Below are positions 1-64,000 of a DNA stretch of 64,000 bases, one piece after another. The DNA is from the human T2T-CHM13v2.0 reference genome, Homo sapiens, in the NCBI RefSeq assembly GCF_009914755.1, contig NC_060935.1; one strand, written 5' to 3'. How positions within the stretch are numbered: position 1 is the stretch's first letter; every line of letters starts with the position of its first letter. A model generated the notes under the pieces. It ran no database searches, was not told where the DNA came from, and worked only from the letters and a program-made list of their open reading frames with translations. The position numbers and the translations under genes were made by a program.

Positions 1-119
1 CGGCCCCTACCACCAGGAACTGGTCTGCCAGTTTGGGCATGGGGTCAGAGGTCAGACATGGCCCCTGGCCCAAGCTGAGGGATTCCTTGGGCTCCCGCTT
101 CCTCCCTGCCCCCACCTAC

Positions 120-6459
<6,340 letters not shown>

Positions 6460-6825
6460 GGCCCGGCGCCGGGCGGGCCGGCAGGCGGGCGGGCGCGAGC
6501 TGCGGAGCCGGCGCGGGGCGGCGCGGGGCGGGGCGGGCGCCCGTGGCTCTGAGGCCGCGGGGGCGGGGCTGAGGCCCGGGGGCGGGGCCGCGCCGGGGAT
6601 GCCCCACCGCCAGTCCGGGAGGAGGCGCCCGCGGGACGGGCCCTCGGCGGCGCGGGGAAGCCCCAAGGCCGGGGCGGAGCCTACGTCCTTCCGCCGCCAC
6701 TGTCGCTCGCGCTCCACAGGTAGGGAGCGCAAAGTCCCGGGAGCCAGAAGACAGAGGGAAGAGGGGGCGCTCCACTCCCCGCCCCATCCCCAATTTCCCA
6801 GATAAACATGGACTTGCGCTTTATA

Positions 6826-6882
6826 TTTTTTTTAACAAAATGTATTCATCTTTCTTGGAACTGAAAAATAAATCTATGTACA
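6826..6882 (-). terminator. MEN1 3' end / polyadenylation region with variant hexamer AATACA
   Basis: Minus-strand AATACA at 6841-6846, preceded by a U-rich tract and TGTA (6877-6882) and followed by an A8 run at 6826-6833. This is the only AT-rich patch between the MEN1 stop and the MAP4K2 CpG island. Confidence 0.7.
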
Positions 6883-7643
6883 AAACAGGAAGAGATCAGG
6901 CTCTTGTCACCCACTCCTAACCCTCTGCAGATTTCCTCCGGGATGCTCCGAGATGGGCTGGACCTCTGGGAGGTTCCCAGAGGGTCGGAAGGGAGGTCCT
7001 GCTCTGATCCGGGGCCAGTTTCGTCAGGAAGAGGGCGGGGCTCAGGATGCTCATAGGCTGGGGGCGGAGTTTTGTGTCCCAGACTCGGGATACGAAGGAG
7101 AGGAAACTAGGATTTCCAAATTCTGGAGCAGGACTGAAGTTATTTGGGGCAGGGAGCTTGGATTCGCAAGATATGGAATTCTGAAGTGCGGAAATATACT
7201 CCTAGGGGCTGAGTGGTCCTAGGCTCCCGGGCTGGAGGTGGGACCTGTGCTCCTTGGGTTAAGGGTGAAACCTCAGCTCCTACAAGCTGGGAGGAGCCCT
7301 GAGTAACGTTGGTCTGGCTCTAGGTGAGCGGTTCCGAGGAGGAGCTTGGGTTTCTAGGGGCTGGGCCTTTAAAGACTGGTAATTAGGACCCAGCGTGAGG
7401 TTTCCATTGGCCGGCTGGGATTCTGGGAGAAGAGACCTATATTCTAACGACTGGGGCAGAGCCCTGGGTTCTGAGCTGGAGAAAATCGTGGGTTTGATAC
7501 AGACTGTACTCGGGACCGGGAACCTAGGGTTTGGGTAGAGGTGAGGCCTGTCCCCTTTGGGCTGGGGGCAGAACATGGGCTCAGAGTTGGGGGACTAAGG
7601 GCGGAGCCTGGGTCCCCACAAGCGGTCCGAAGTCCCCAGTAGT

Positions 7644-14190
<6,547 letters not shown>

Positions 14191-14403
14191 TATGAGGAAA
14201 AAGATCAGGTTGCTTGATCCAGAAAAAATTAAAATAAAACAATATGAGAAAAACAGATACTTTTAAACACTGCCAGAGAGTAAATGTGTTCAGCCGCTTT
14301 AGCTGGGTATCAGTGTCTGTTAACATATAAAGATGCCTACTCTGTGTGCAGCACTCGTTTCCCACTTCCGCCCGCGAGATACTCTAACACGTGCTAAGAG
14401 TAG

Positions 14404-17236
<2,833 letters not shown>

Positions 17237-17782
17237 CTAGAGAAGAGGGGGGTCAAATAGATTATTGCTGGTTAATAAGAGAATTGCGGGAGCGATGGCC
17301 TTGGACAGAGAGTGGGAATGCATTCTTGAGTGGCAGGTTTGGCCTTGGCTAGGAGCACAGGCAGTTTATTCGCAAGGACTGGAAAGAAGGCCTACTACCT
17401 GGGCATATGTGGTGGGTAATTAGATTTTCTCAGTGAAATAGGAAGCCCAGTGGGTTACCATCTTCTCTCCAGATGTCTACCGGGTTCCCCACCTTCACAA
17501 TATTGCTCAAACGTCACCTCAAAAAGGCTGACACAGACCTGACCATTCTACTTCAAATCACACCCTCCACTTGAAATTCCTCTATCCATCCCTCAACCCT
17601 GCTTTATATTTTTTTTTTCTTTTTGTTTTGTTTTTCTGAAACGGAGTCTCACCCTGTCACACAGGCTGGAGTGCAGTGGCTCGACCTTGGCTCACCGCAA
17701 CCTCTGCCTCCCAGGTTCAAGCAATTCTCCTGCCTCGGCCTCTTCAGGTGCACTTCAGGTGCACGCCACCACACCTGGCTAA

Positions 17783-17983
<201 letters not shown>

Positions 17984-17984
17984 T

Positions 17985-18203
17985 AGACAGGGGCTCTGGA
18001 AGGAGGCACTGTTGACGCTTGAGGTCGGGTAATTCTGTGACTGGGGCTGTCCTGTGCATTGTAGGATGACGAGCAGCATCTGTGGTTTCTACCCACTGGA
18101 TGCCACCAGTTCAGCTCCCGCAGTGGGGACAACTAAAGATGTCTCCAGATGTTGCCAAATGTCCCCTGGGATGCCAAAATAGCCCCAGCTTGAGAACCAC
18201 TAT
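17985..18203 (+). mobile_element. MER20 (hAT-Charlie) DNA transposon relic
   Basis: Characteristic ggggctgtcctgtgcattgtaggatg...acccactggatgcca...atgtctccagatgttgccaaatgtcccctggg...ttgagaaccact. Confidence 0.85.
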
Positions 18204-18526
18204 TCTAACATATGATATGACCACTTTGTTTCTCTGTTTTGAGACAGGTCTCGCTCTGTTGCCCAGGCTGGTGTGCAGTAGTGCAACCATGGCTCACTGC
18301 AGCTTTGACCTCCTGGGCTCAAGGTGGTCCTTCCACTTCAGCCTCCGAAGTGCTGGGATTACAGGAATGAGTCACCATGCCTGGCCTGATTTATTTATTG
18401 TTTGTCCCCTACCACCAGAAGATAAGCTCTACAGGACAGGAAATGTGTCTGCCGTGTTCACTGATGTGTCCCCTGGGCCTAGAATAGTGTCTGGCACATA
18501 ATAGGTGTTCAACAAATATTTGCTAA

Positions 18527-20796
<2,270 letters not shown>

Positions 20797-21769
20797 CTCT
20801 CCAGGATGATTGTGGGAGTGAGTGGCTGAGGTAGGATAGACGACAAGATCCAGTGGGAAGAGGGCTTCAAGGAACTGGGAGGCCCAGCATAGATATCAAC
20901 ATGTCTAAGAATTAAGACAGAAGTAGGTTGGAGTGATGGCAAGCCAGGAACTAAAATGATCTAGAACTGGGCCGTCATGGGTTGGGAGATGTCAGAAACC
21001 AAGTGGGTGGCATCAGCTGATAACTGGAGTTCAAACCTGAGTGTTTGAAAGGAGGAGGTGAAGTACTATCTTGGGCAGAAAAAAAATAAAAAGGAAAGCA
21101 AAAGAGGAGGGAGCAGAATGTCTATAAGTGATGAGGGATTATGGAGGATGCCTACCCCAACTCTTCCAGGCCCATCGCAGGAGGGGTGCAGGAGAGCCTG
21201 CGGGGGGTTGCGGGGGAGACAGGAGTGGTGGTGACCTCAGGAGTCCAAGGTTTCTGCTAGAGCAGGAGGGATAGGAACTGTCTGGAGAAGGTAGTGAAGA
21301 CCAGGAGATTTTGCTAACGATGGACCATCACCCCCAGAGGGAACAGAGGACATCTGCCAGGAGCTGGGGAGGGGTGGAGATGGAGTCAGAAAAGGGGATG
21401 GCCGGAGTTGTCCCTGGAACATCTGAGCCTCCTGTGGTGAAATGACACACAGCAATAAAGGGCAAGACCACTTCTGAGGGTCTCGAGGTTGGCTGGGGGT
21501 TGGGGGGCCCAGCTGTGAGTGTGAGGACAGGGGATGGAAGGGTCTGAAGCTCCAGTGGGATTTCTGCTGCTAAAGACAAGGAGGCCCTGGGAGGGTGGTC
21601 CCTCTGGACATCGCCAATATGGGTATGCATTGAACAAGCTAAGAGAAAGTCATCTCATGGGTGGAGGGGAGGGAGTCAAAGGGGAATTCGGCCCCTAATT
21701 TCTTTTCCAAAAAATTTTGTGTATTGTTGTAATTAAAATTAATTTAAAATAACACCAGCTAGGTATATT

Positions 21770-25892
<4,123 letters not shown>

Positions 25893-26188
25893 AGTTCACT
25901 GAATTCTTGGAGCCTCTGGCTGCTGGTTGAATTTGGACAAAGGGAGGCAGAAAATGGGAGGGAGTGAGGCGGAGGAATTTATTTCCTAGGCTGCCTTTCA
26001 GCTCAGCCATGGTCAAGTTTTACCAAAAGCTAGAGCTCCTGTCGGGTAGCACCACTGCCTCTTCCTGCCTGGGTGGCCTGGGGGTCCTAAGAGCTCCTCT
26101 CTGCTGCCCGGGCCCTGAGGCACTGCCATTCATTGGTGTGTTCCCTTAGCACTGTGCATGCTTCTGTAAACTGCCCTTCGTTAGTTAA

Positions 26189-26680
<492 letters not shown>

Positions 26681-26683
26681 ATC

Positions 26684-26689
26684 TTTATT
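26684..26689 (-). terminator. CDC42BPG proximal AATAAA poly(A) signal
   Basis: TTTATT on plus immediately before the Alu 5' end in transcript orientation, downstream of an AU-rich 3' UTR segment (26790-26850). Confidence 0.6.
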
Positions 26690-27089
26690 GGTTTCTTGCG
26701 CCTCACAGAGCATCAGGGTCTGTCCCTCCTGGGAATGTGGCATTTGAGGAGATAAATACTTATTTTGCCCCCCACACTTCAGTGGGGGGAGGTTTAATAA
26801 AAATAGTAATATAATAACAATATAATGACTGTGATCAATAGTAAAATGCGCCCTAGTTTCCAATACACAACTGGTTGAAGATTCGAGAAAAACGACCCCC
26901 TTTCTGGGAAGGGCCAGAGTGTGCCCGGAGACCCTCCAGTGGCCCCCACTGGGTACCCATCTCCCACCAAAAAGCCCTTATAAATACCCTCCCCATCCTG
27001 TCCCTGTCCAGGATTCTCTTCCCCGATGGGAGGATTGGCTGACAGTGTCAGCCCCGCCCACTGCACCCCTCCCCAGAGAAAGGACCCTT

Positions 27090-27300
27090 TGTTCTCCAGA
27101 CTCCCTCTCTCCTCCATCCCTCTTTTTGTCTCCCTCCTCTTCTTCATCGCTCCTCCTTCGTCCCTCTCCCCTCTTCCTCTGCACGGCTTCTACCTCCTTC
27201 CAATTCCTATCACCTCCTCCTCCACTTCCTTCCTCCTATCCTGTCTCTCACCTCCTTCGCCTACATCCTTTCCCTCCTTCTCTATCTTCCCTTCTTCTGG
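27090..27300. repeat. Low-complexity CT-rich (mRNA GA-rich) tract in the CDC42BPG 3' UTR
   Basis: About 210 bp that is almost entirely C/T on plus. Confidence 0.85.
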
Positions 27301-27768
27301 ATCACAGCCTGTTTTTCTCACCCAGACGCTAAGCAGAGACGGGGACATGCCCCATCTTGGCCTCAGCTGGGAGTCAGACAGTCCACAGATAAGACCTCCA
27401 ACCTGTTCCCAGAGACCCAGTCCCTCTCCATCCCTCATCCCAACTCTTACAAGCCTCTGGGGGCTTGGCACTGGAAATAAGAGCTTTGGCACAATCACCC
27501 CTGGACACCAGAACAAAAGGGGCCATTCTATTCCCAATGGCTTAGAAAGGCTGGGGCTGGGAACAGAGGGGTAAGGCAGGATGAGGGCTGGGAGTCAGGA
27601 CCCCCAAGTCCTGGGAACCCAGGCAAGTCTCCCAGTCATTGCCCAGCCCGGGTCCTCCCTGAGTCCGAATTTCCATGTCCCGGACCAGCCGGAGTATGGC
27701 ATTCCTCAAGCTCTTTGCTCCCTCATGTCCTTCTGCCCTGGGATTGGGGTGGGCCCTAACAGAGGGCA

Positions 27769-47887
<20,119 letters not shown>

Positions 47888-48907
47888 GGCTGCGGCCGGA
47901 GCCTCGCTGCTCGGCTACAGTCTGGCCGCCCGCATGCCCGCCTGTCGGGCCGTCCGTCCGCCCAACCGTCTGAGGCTCTGTCCGCGCGTCCTCCCCCGCC
48001 CCTCTCCCGCCCTCCCCGCTGTCACCTTCCTCCGCCGCCGCCAGCGCGCCCTCACCTGGGCGCCGCGCCCCGCCCCCCGACGGACGGGCAGGTGCGCGCC
48101 GGCCAATGGGAGCCGCGGCTAGAGGTGAAGGTGGGGGCGGAGGCGCGCGGGGGCGGGCCCAACTCCCGGCCAGGAAGTGCGGGGGCGGGCCGGGGAGAAC
48201 AACTGACTTCTGCGAGGGGCGCGGTGGGGTTCTGCGGGGTCGGAAAGACTCCCCAGATCCCCGCGCGGCCCCAGACCCAGACTTACCTGGGCCCTCCCTG
48301 GGCCCTGACCCAGGAGGCGCGGAGCACTGCAACTTCTCTCGCCCCCTGGGTCGCAGCCGCCTTGCCCTTGGCTAAGAGAGAGGGGCTAGGGACGCCCGCG
48401 GCCCCGGAGCCGGATGGGAATTGTAGTTCGCTCTCTCCATGGTTTGCCCGCGCTTGGCACCCATCGCCCCCCCGCCCCCGCCCAAAAAAAAGTTTCTGAA
48501 TCTTACTTTGATTGTATCATTAGAGTTGATGTGGGAGACAGGAAGTTGGGGTAGGGATGGTCACGCCCATTTGGCAGATGGACACACTGAGGCTTGGGAA
48601 GGAGGAAGGCGAATTGAGGGGCTGAGGACAAGGTGGCTCTTAAGTTAGACCCTGGGGTGGAGGTGGAGCTGGGCTGGTACCAACACCACAGGCGTTTTAA
48701 GCTTCAGTAGGAGCAGGGCCTGAGGTCTGACCTGGAACGTGAAGGGCAAGGAGAGGTCTGAGATAGGCTGGAGGAGGTTGGGGAGGGGAGGGGCTGGCTC
48801 TGTCCAGTGGTATTTCTGATTTCTGTCCAGCTGTGTCCAGCTGGGATGGACCAGGCACCATGAGGAGAGATCAAAGGGTGGGACATATTGGTGGCTTCAG
48901 ACAACAC

Positions 48908-51551
<2,644 letters not shown>

Positions 51552-53549
51552 TTATTCCAGCCTTAGCAAGCAGCCAGGCCTCCAGCCCTGACTGCCCGAA
51601 GCAGCTCCAGGGCATGGCACCATGTTGGCTCAGCAGATCTGTTTTCTGATCCTGTGGGGCCAGACCACTAGGGCCACAGCAGCCTTGACACGCTCCCCAC
51701 AGAGCCCTGAGCATGGCACAGCCCAAGGCCCAGCTCACAGGGATGGGTGAGTCTTGACAGGAGACACCCCCGAGAGCCTCAGTCACACCCTGTCCAGGCA
51801 GTCAGGCCACCCTCTTTCCTTTCCTTCTCACCAGGGTACCTTCATTCAAATGCCTCCTCCATGGTCGACTACTCCCCAGGTGCAGGAGGGCTCAGCTACC
51901 CCCCGCAGCCTCTCACTCATCCCGCAAGCCCCTTGGTACTGAGGGACATCACTAGCTCTCTCACCCAGCTCTGTGGGGAGCACTCATGCTGATAACAGCT
52001 TGCAAGTGTAAGGGGCCTCTTGGTAACTTAAAGTGACTTTAGATCTATTATCTTCACAAGGGCCACGCTAGGAGAGAGTTATTACCCTCCTTTATAGACT
52101 AATGCATGGAAGCTGGGGAGGGAGGTGGTGCCAGCCTTGAGCTCCTTCCTTGAGTGCAGACTCGCCCTGCAGAGGGCAGGTGTGTGGGGGCAGGGAGAGG
52201 ACCTGAGAACCCAGCATGAGGAAGTGGCAGGGAACCCTGTGTCTGCCCCCAAGGGCATAGCCCTCTGTGGCTGGGAGCCCAGACACAAGGCAGGTTGCCC
52301 AGGTCTGCGGCATCCTGGCCACATTGGAGGGCTGCTGAGCCCAGGGTTGGAGCGCCCCCTTCCTCAAAGTCCTGAGAATCAGCCTTCAGGGGAAGGCCTA
52401 GGATGAGAGTCTCCAGCCGTGGCCTCGGGAAGCAGCTCCCACCAGATGGTTCTTCAGGGCTGGCAGGAATGGCGGCCGCCCCCTGCCCTTAGCCACTCTG
52501 GAAACGTGCACATGGCATAGTGGCCCGCTCCTACCCAGGAGGTCAGGACATGAGAGGCTGGCCTTGGGTCCTGCAGCCCTGCCCGCTGCTGACCAGGCGT
52601 GGGGCCTTGGGTAGATCTCTTCCTCACTCTCTGGACGCTGTCTTTTTGTGTATAATGGAGAACTGCACCTGTTCAGGTGTGAGAGACAAATGAGCTTCCC
52701 AGTATGGCCACCAATGGCCGTCCCAACCTTTCTCTGAAGGAGCACGGGCGGCAATGTGATTGGAGCCGGGGAGCTCCCTAAGCCCACCCTTGAGCCTCAG
52801 ATGCCTGGCTCTTATTTGAAGGTGCGTCTGTTGGGATGGCTTTGGGAAGGAGCTGATGCAAATGCTAGGGGTGTGGACCCCCCAGTCCCCCAGCTAGTCC
52901 TGGCAGCCCCCTCCCCAACCCCATCTGCCCAGCACCAGGGGCGTGTCCTATGAAAAGTCCAAAGCTCCAAATGGGTGGACATATGGTGGTTTCATCATCC
53001 TGGTTTTTCTTCCAAAAACCTTCCCTGCAGTGTTCCAACAAGCCATAGGGGCTCCCACGCTCTGCAGCGGCTGCAGCCCCATGTGGTTTTACAATTATCA
53101 GTCCCTCTGGGTGCACAGGAAGCCAGGCCCGAGCCCACTTGGCCACCACCTCACTAGCCTACAGGCGCCACTGAGTCTGGGAGCTGCTTCAGGGAAGGGA
53201 GGGGCTGGCCTGTTTTGTTCTGGGTATTGGGTGAGGTGCCCTGCTCCCTGCACCCCACCCGACTAACCTCCTTGGGGTGCTTGGCAAAGGCCGCTCAAGG
53301 TGGGTGTCCTCGGGCTCTGCCTCTGTGGGCCACATCTGTTCCTGAATTAAGGCTTGAGGAAATGGCCTCAGTGGGGGAAGAGATCTGGCTAGAGTGGCAG
53401 AGCTGGGAGTTGAACTCAGGGCGGTCTCCCCAAGGCTGCCCTCCACGTGCTGCCAGACCTGGTGCGCTTTTAACACAGGAGTGGTGGCCGGATGTTCTCA
53501 CCTCCCAACTCTCACCACCTTGCTGGCCGTGGCCGGGCAAGTCCTATGA

Positions 53550-54310
<761 letters not shown>

Positions 54311-54993
54311 CAGAAATGTTTATTCTGAATGAGATCTTACAAGGAACTGCAACATAGAAAACAGCTGTGCATGGCCAGAGGCAGTGGGCGGGCCCTTTGC
54401 CTCTTGGGTCCTGGGCTGTGAGGTGCTGCGTGGGCGACAGATTGCCCTGAAGGCCTCAGTCCACGGGCTCTGGTAGCTGGGTGGCAATGCCCCTCCTTTG
54501 CCCCAGGCCAGCCTCTGAAGAGGAGGCTTCTTCCCCAGGGTCATGGCCAGCTATGGATCTAGGGAGGAGGCGAGGGCTGGGACTAGCCCTCTAGGTGGGC
54601 GGCCACATCTCTGACCACATCCTCTGGCCCTCCCTGAACCCCGGTCGGAGCCCAAAGATGATCCCCAACCTGTAGAACCGAAACCAGGGCTATGAACTCT
54701 GGGGCAGACACCTGCCCTCAGCCCCTTTCAAGCCTCAGATCAGCAGGCGCTTCCTGGGGCAGCCCCAGGGGGTTCACAGCCCCTCTGTGGCCACACAGAG
54801 CCCTGCAGGTGGAGTGCTCCGGGAAGGAGAGCGGGCGGCCAGGCAGCACTTCCCTTCCTCCTAGTTCAGGGGCACTGCTAAGTTCTGTGCCTTCTCTAAT
54901 GTGCTCACAGCTTGAACAAAAATGCTCCACCTCCCTTGGGTGACCCCTGCCCCAAGCTTTCAGGACCCCAGGCTGGAGTGACAGCATTTAACC

Positions 54994-54999
54994 TTTAAT
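54994..54999 (-). terminator. Candidate distal EHD1 ATTAAA poly(A) signal
   Basis: TTTAAT on plus at the end of an Alu-free extension of the 3' UTR. Confidence 0.45.
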
Positions 55000-56082
55000 G
55001 TGGGTCTCTCAGCCCTGAGTACAGCTGCAGTCTAAGGGTGGGGTTGGGGGGATCTACCGTTTTTTCCTCTTAGTGTGTGCTTTGGATTAGTAACCTGATG
55101 GAAAGCACGCTGGAGTTGGACGGCCTGGTTTGCATCTGCTTCTACCACCTTTGTTATTTCGGCAGTCCTCAGTCTCGGACTCTCCCTCTGTGAAATGGGG
55201 GAACATGAACTTCCTCAGATCGTGACAGCGCAGCTCCACCTGGCACAGGGTGAATGCCCACAGGTGGCAGCTGAGTGACGCAGGGAGGGCCGGCCAGCCC
55301 TGCAGCAACTGAAGCATCCACTGGCACCTCAAGTGCTGGTCATAGGACCAGACACCACCACACCAGCTAGGCTCGGAGCACACAACTGGGTCCCTGAAAC
55401 CCTCAGGAACTTGTTTCTGTCCTGCCTTCTGCCAGAGGGGCTGGAGCAGCCTCTACCCATGGCACCTCAAGTCTGCACCCTTTTATGAAGGGTCACTAAT
55501 CAGTCACCCTTCCCTCTGCTGGTATAAACAGTCCCCCATCTGTGACATCACCTGGGCCTGACTGGCCCCACCCTTAGTTGCATGTTTGTCACAGGCTATC
55601 TGCTTTGTCTTCAGAGGCCCGGCTTCCCTGTACTTAAACCGTCCTTGGGGCTAGCAAGGAGCCAGTCTGGCTCCAAAGCCCAGAAACCCTTGTTTACTTG
55701 ATGCCACCCAGTGCCGAGGGCCCTGCAGGTGCCCACTCATCCGTCTGTGGCTGAGGGGTGCCAGCCTAGGCCTCAGCTATCAACATCCTCCCAACTGTTT
55801 CCCCCCTCCCCACCCCAAGTGAACTGCTCAGCTCCCACCTTGCTCAGGGAAGGGGGCATCACCCCAGAAACCCTTTTCCCTACAGGCCTGGCCCTCTTAG
55901 TAGGAGGGGGCAGCTACTGCCCAGCAGAGCAGGACTGGGCAGGGTTGGTCACCTTGCCCCGGCTGCCTTGCCACTCTGTCCCTGCTGGCATCACCCCCTC
56001 AGACACCAGGGGAGGATGGCCCAGGACTGCTGCCCCTGGAAAAGACAAGGAAGCACCCGAAGCTTTCGCACAGTTCAGACTT

Positions 56083-56088
56083 TTTAAT
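56083..56088 (-). terminator. EHD1 ATTAAA poly(A) signal (about 1.6 kb 3' UTR)
   Basis: TTTAAT on plus; followed on minus by a GU/U-rich downstream sequence (gtgcttccttgtctttt). Confidence 0.65.
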
Positions 56089-57664
56089 GCAAGGAGAAAG
56101 TCTTCACTTCTCTTCCCACAGGTGTGAACAAGCCACTGCAACTTCAACAGTGACTTCCCGGCAAGGACAGCGCCCGCATCCATCCTCACCTAATACTGTA
56201 TGGAGTGACGGGCTAAGGAGAACAAGGCCAGTTCCTGCAGACTCCGAGCAGCGCTGGGGAGAAGCTCCCTGAGACCCCCGCGGGAAAGCCTGGTGGGAAG
56301 CCCAGCTGTGTGGTACCTGGTGCTCCACCTGCCTTGGTGCCATCACAGCCCGGACAGTGGCCACTGGCCTGCAAACGCGCCCGGGCCCTGGAGGCTGGGC
56401 TCAATGGCCCCAGGCAGAGGAGGGGGAGGCGGCCTGAACTGGCCCGGGCCACTGGGCCGCAAGGTTCTGGTTTCTTATTGCTCAACCTGGGGCCAGGGGC
56501 GTTGTAAGGACATCCAAGTGAGCTGCCCTCCTTTGCTAAACAGAGGAGGAAGGAAGGTAGGAAATGAAGGGGGATTACAGAAGGGGCTGGGTTTTCCCCT
56601 GGTCCCCGCTGTCTGGACATGAGAGCCTAGCCAGAACCACGGGCTTCCTCTTACCAGCACCAAGCTGTCGTGAGGCCCCGCCACCGCCACCCACCACCAC
56701 CTCCCACTGTGGAGGGTGCGTCCCAAAGCTCCAGTTAAGTGAGAGGGTAGGGCAGGAGCTGGGATGACCACCCTTCCTCAGCCAGGAAATGCAACACTGG
56801 GGTCCAGGAACGGGGTGCTCCCCGGGTACCCACACCTAATGCCCCCTGGGCAGGGCTGCTCCTTGGCTGGAGGGTGGGAAGGGGAGACAAAAATCACAGC
56901 TTTTGAACAGTGGTTGGGAAGTTATTGGGAACTTTGGTCAAGTATGAAAGATATCACTTTACAGAACAGAAACTAGCTTATGTATTTTTCTGGAAGACAT
57001 TCTCCTACTCCCCTGAACTCCCAAAAAAAGACCAAGGTGGCTGGGCCCTGCTTCTGTGACTGCTGAGCGGGGTTGCGCGTCGGAGCCGGTGGGGCGCGGG
57101 AGGAAAGGGCAGGGCCCGCGCACGGGGAGCCTGGGCCCGGGAGGGGAAGGCACAAGAACCCACTTCGCCCGAGAGCACGGGGGAGGCAGAGCCAGGTGAG
57201 GAAGGAAGCCACGGTCCCGTGAAGCAACCTCAGCTCAGAAGCACACGGAGGGTGCCTGGTGTTCCTGTCCATGCAGCCTCAGCCTAGCAGCTGCCAAAAG
57301 GGCGACCTGGCTCCCCCACGGTCGCAGTCACTGCACTGTCCAGCTCCAGCCACAGCAAAGGCCGGGGGGCAGAGGCCGTGCACACAGGGCTGGCACACAG
57401 GGGAGGCGGCGACAAAGAACGCAGCCTCTAACATTATATATTAAAATAGCCACAGTTCTTGTGCACACAATTCCATCCTCTCACCCCTGCCTCCCCCGCC
57501 AGGCCCAGGAACAGCCTTAAAAGAAAGATGGTGGTTTTCCTTTTCGAGAGGCGAGGAAACATCCGCTCAGTCTTTATGGACCTTGAGAAATGGTGAGGCT
57601 TCCCCTCCCCCCGTCTCTGCCTCCCGGCCGGGCGTGCAAATGGCAGGTGCGGGGCCGGGCGCCA

Positions 57665-64000
<6,336 letters not shown>

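Noticed and set aside
6820-6825. TATAAA as a MAP4K2 TATA box
   Set aside because: Lies at the MEN1 3' end, well upstream of the GC-box cluster of a CpG-island promoter; better explained as part of the poly(A) region.

Overview
Human genomic DNA from chromosome 11q13.1, recognised from four protein-coding genes in tandem on the minus strand. They are MAP4K2 (coding exons 1-21, continuing off the left edge), complete MEN1 (610 aa; 615 aa with the alternative donor), complete CDC42BPG/MRCK-gamma (37 exons, 4656 nt = 1551 aa + stop by my exon sum) and the 3' part of EHD1 (exons 3-5 plus 3' UTR). Introns and intergenic DNA are very Alu-rich, with MIR, L2, L1, MER20 and MER33 relics. I found no new gene or self-contained novel system; most short ORFs in the track are Alu-derived or GC-rich antisense shadows. 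The best second-look items are cis-regulatory or structural. (1) Three CCAAT boxes phased exactly 30 bp apart in CDC42BPG intron 34, a possible intragenic promoter. (2) An Alu whose target-site duplication copied the CDC42BPG AATAAA. (3) A MEN1 3' end only about 370 bp from the MAP4K2 ATG, with poly(A) hexamers on both strands. (4) Clustered ZNF143-type motifs at the MEN1 and CDC42BPG promoters. (5) A seven-fold array of GTGAG donor motifs after CDC42BPG exon 12. (6) A fossil L2 endonuclease region readable across nested insertions. Exon coordinates were read by hand from GT-AG boundaries; repeat boundaries and subfamilies are approximate.
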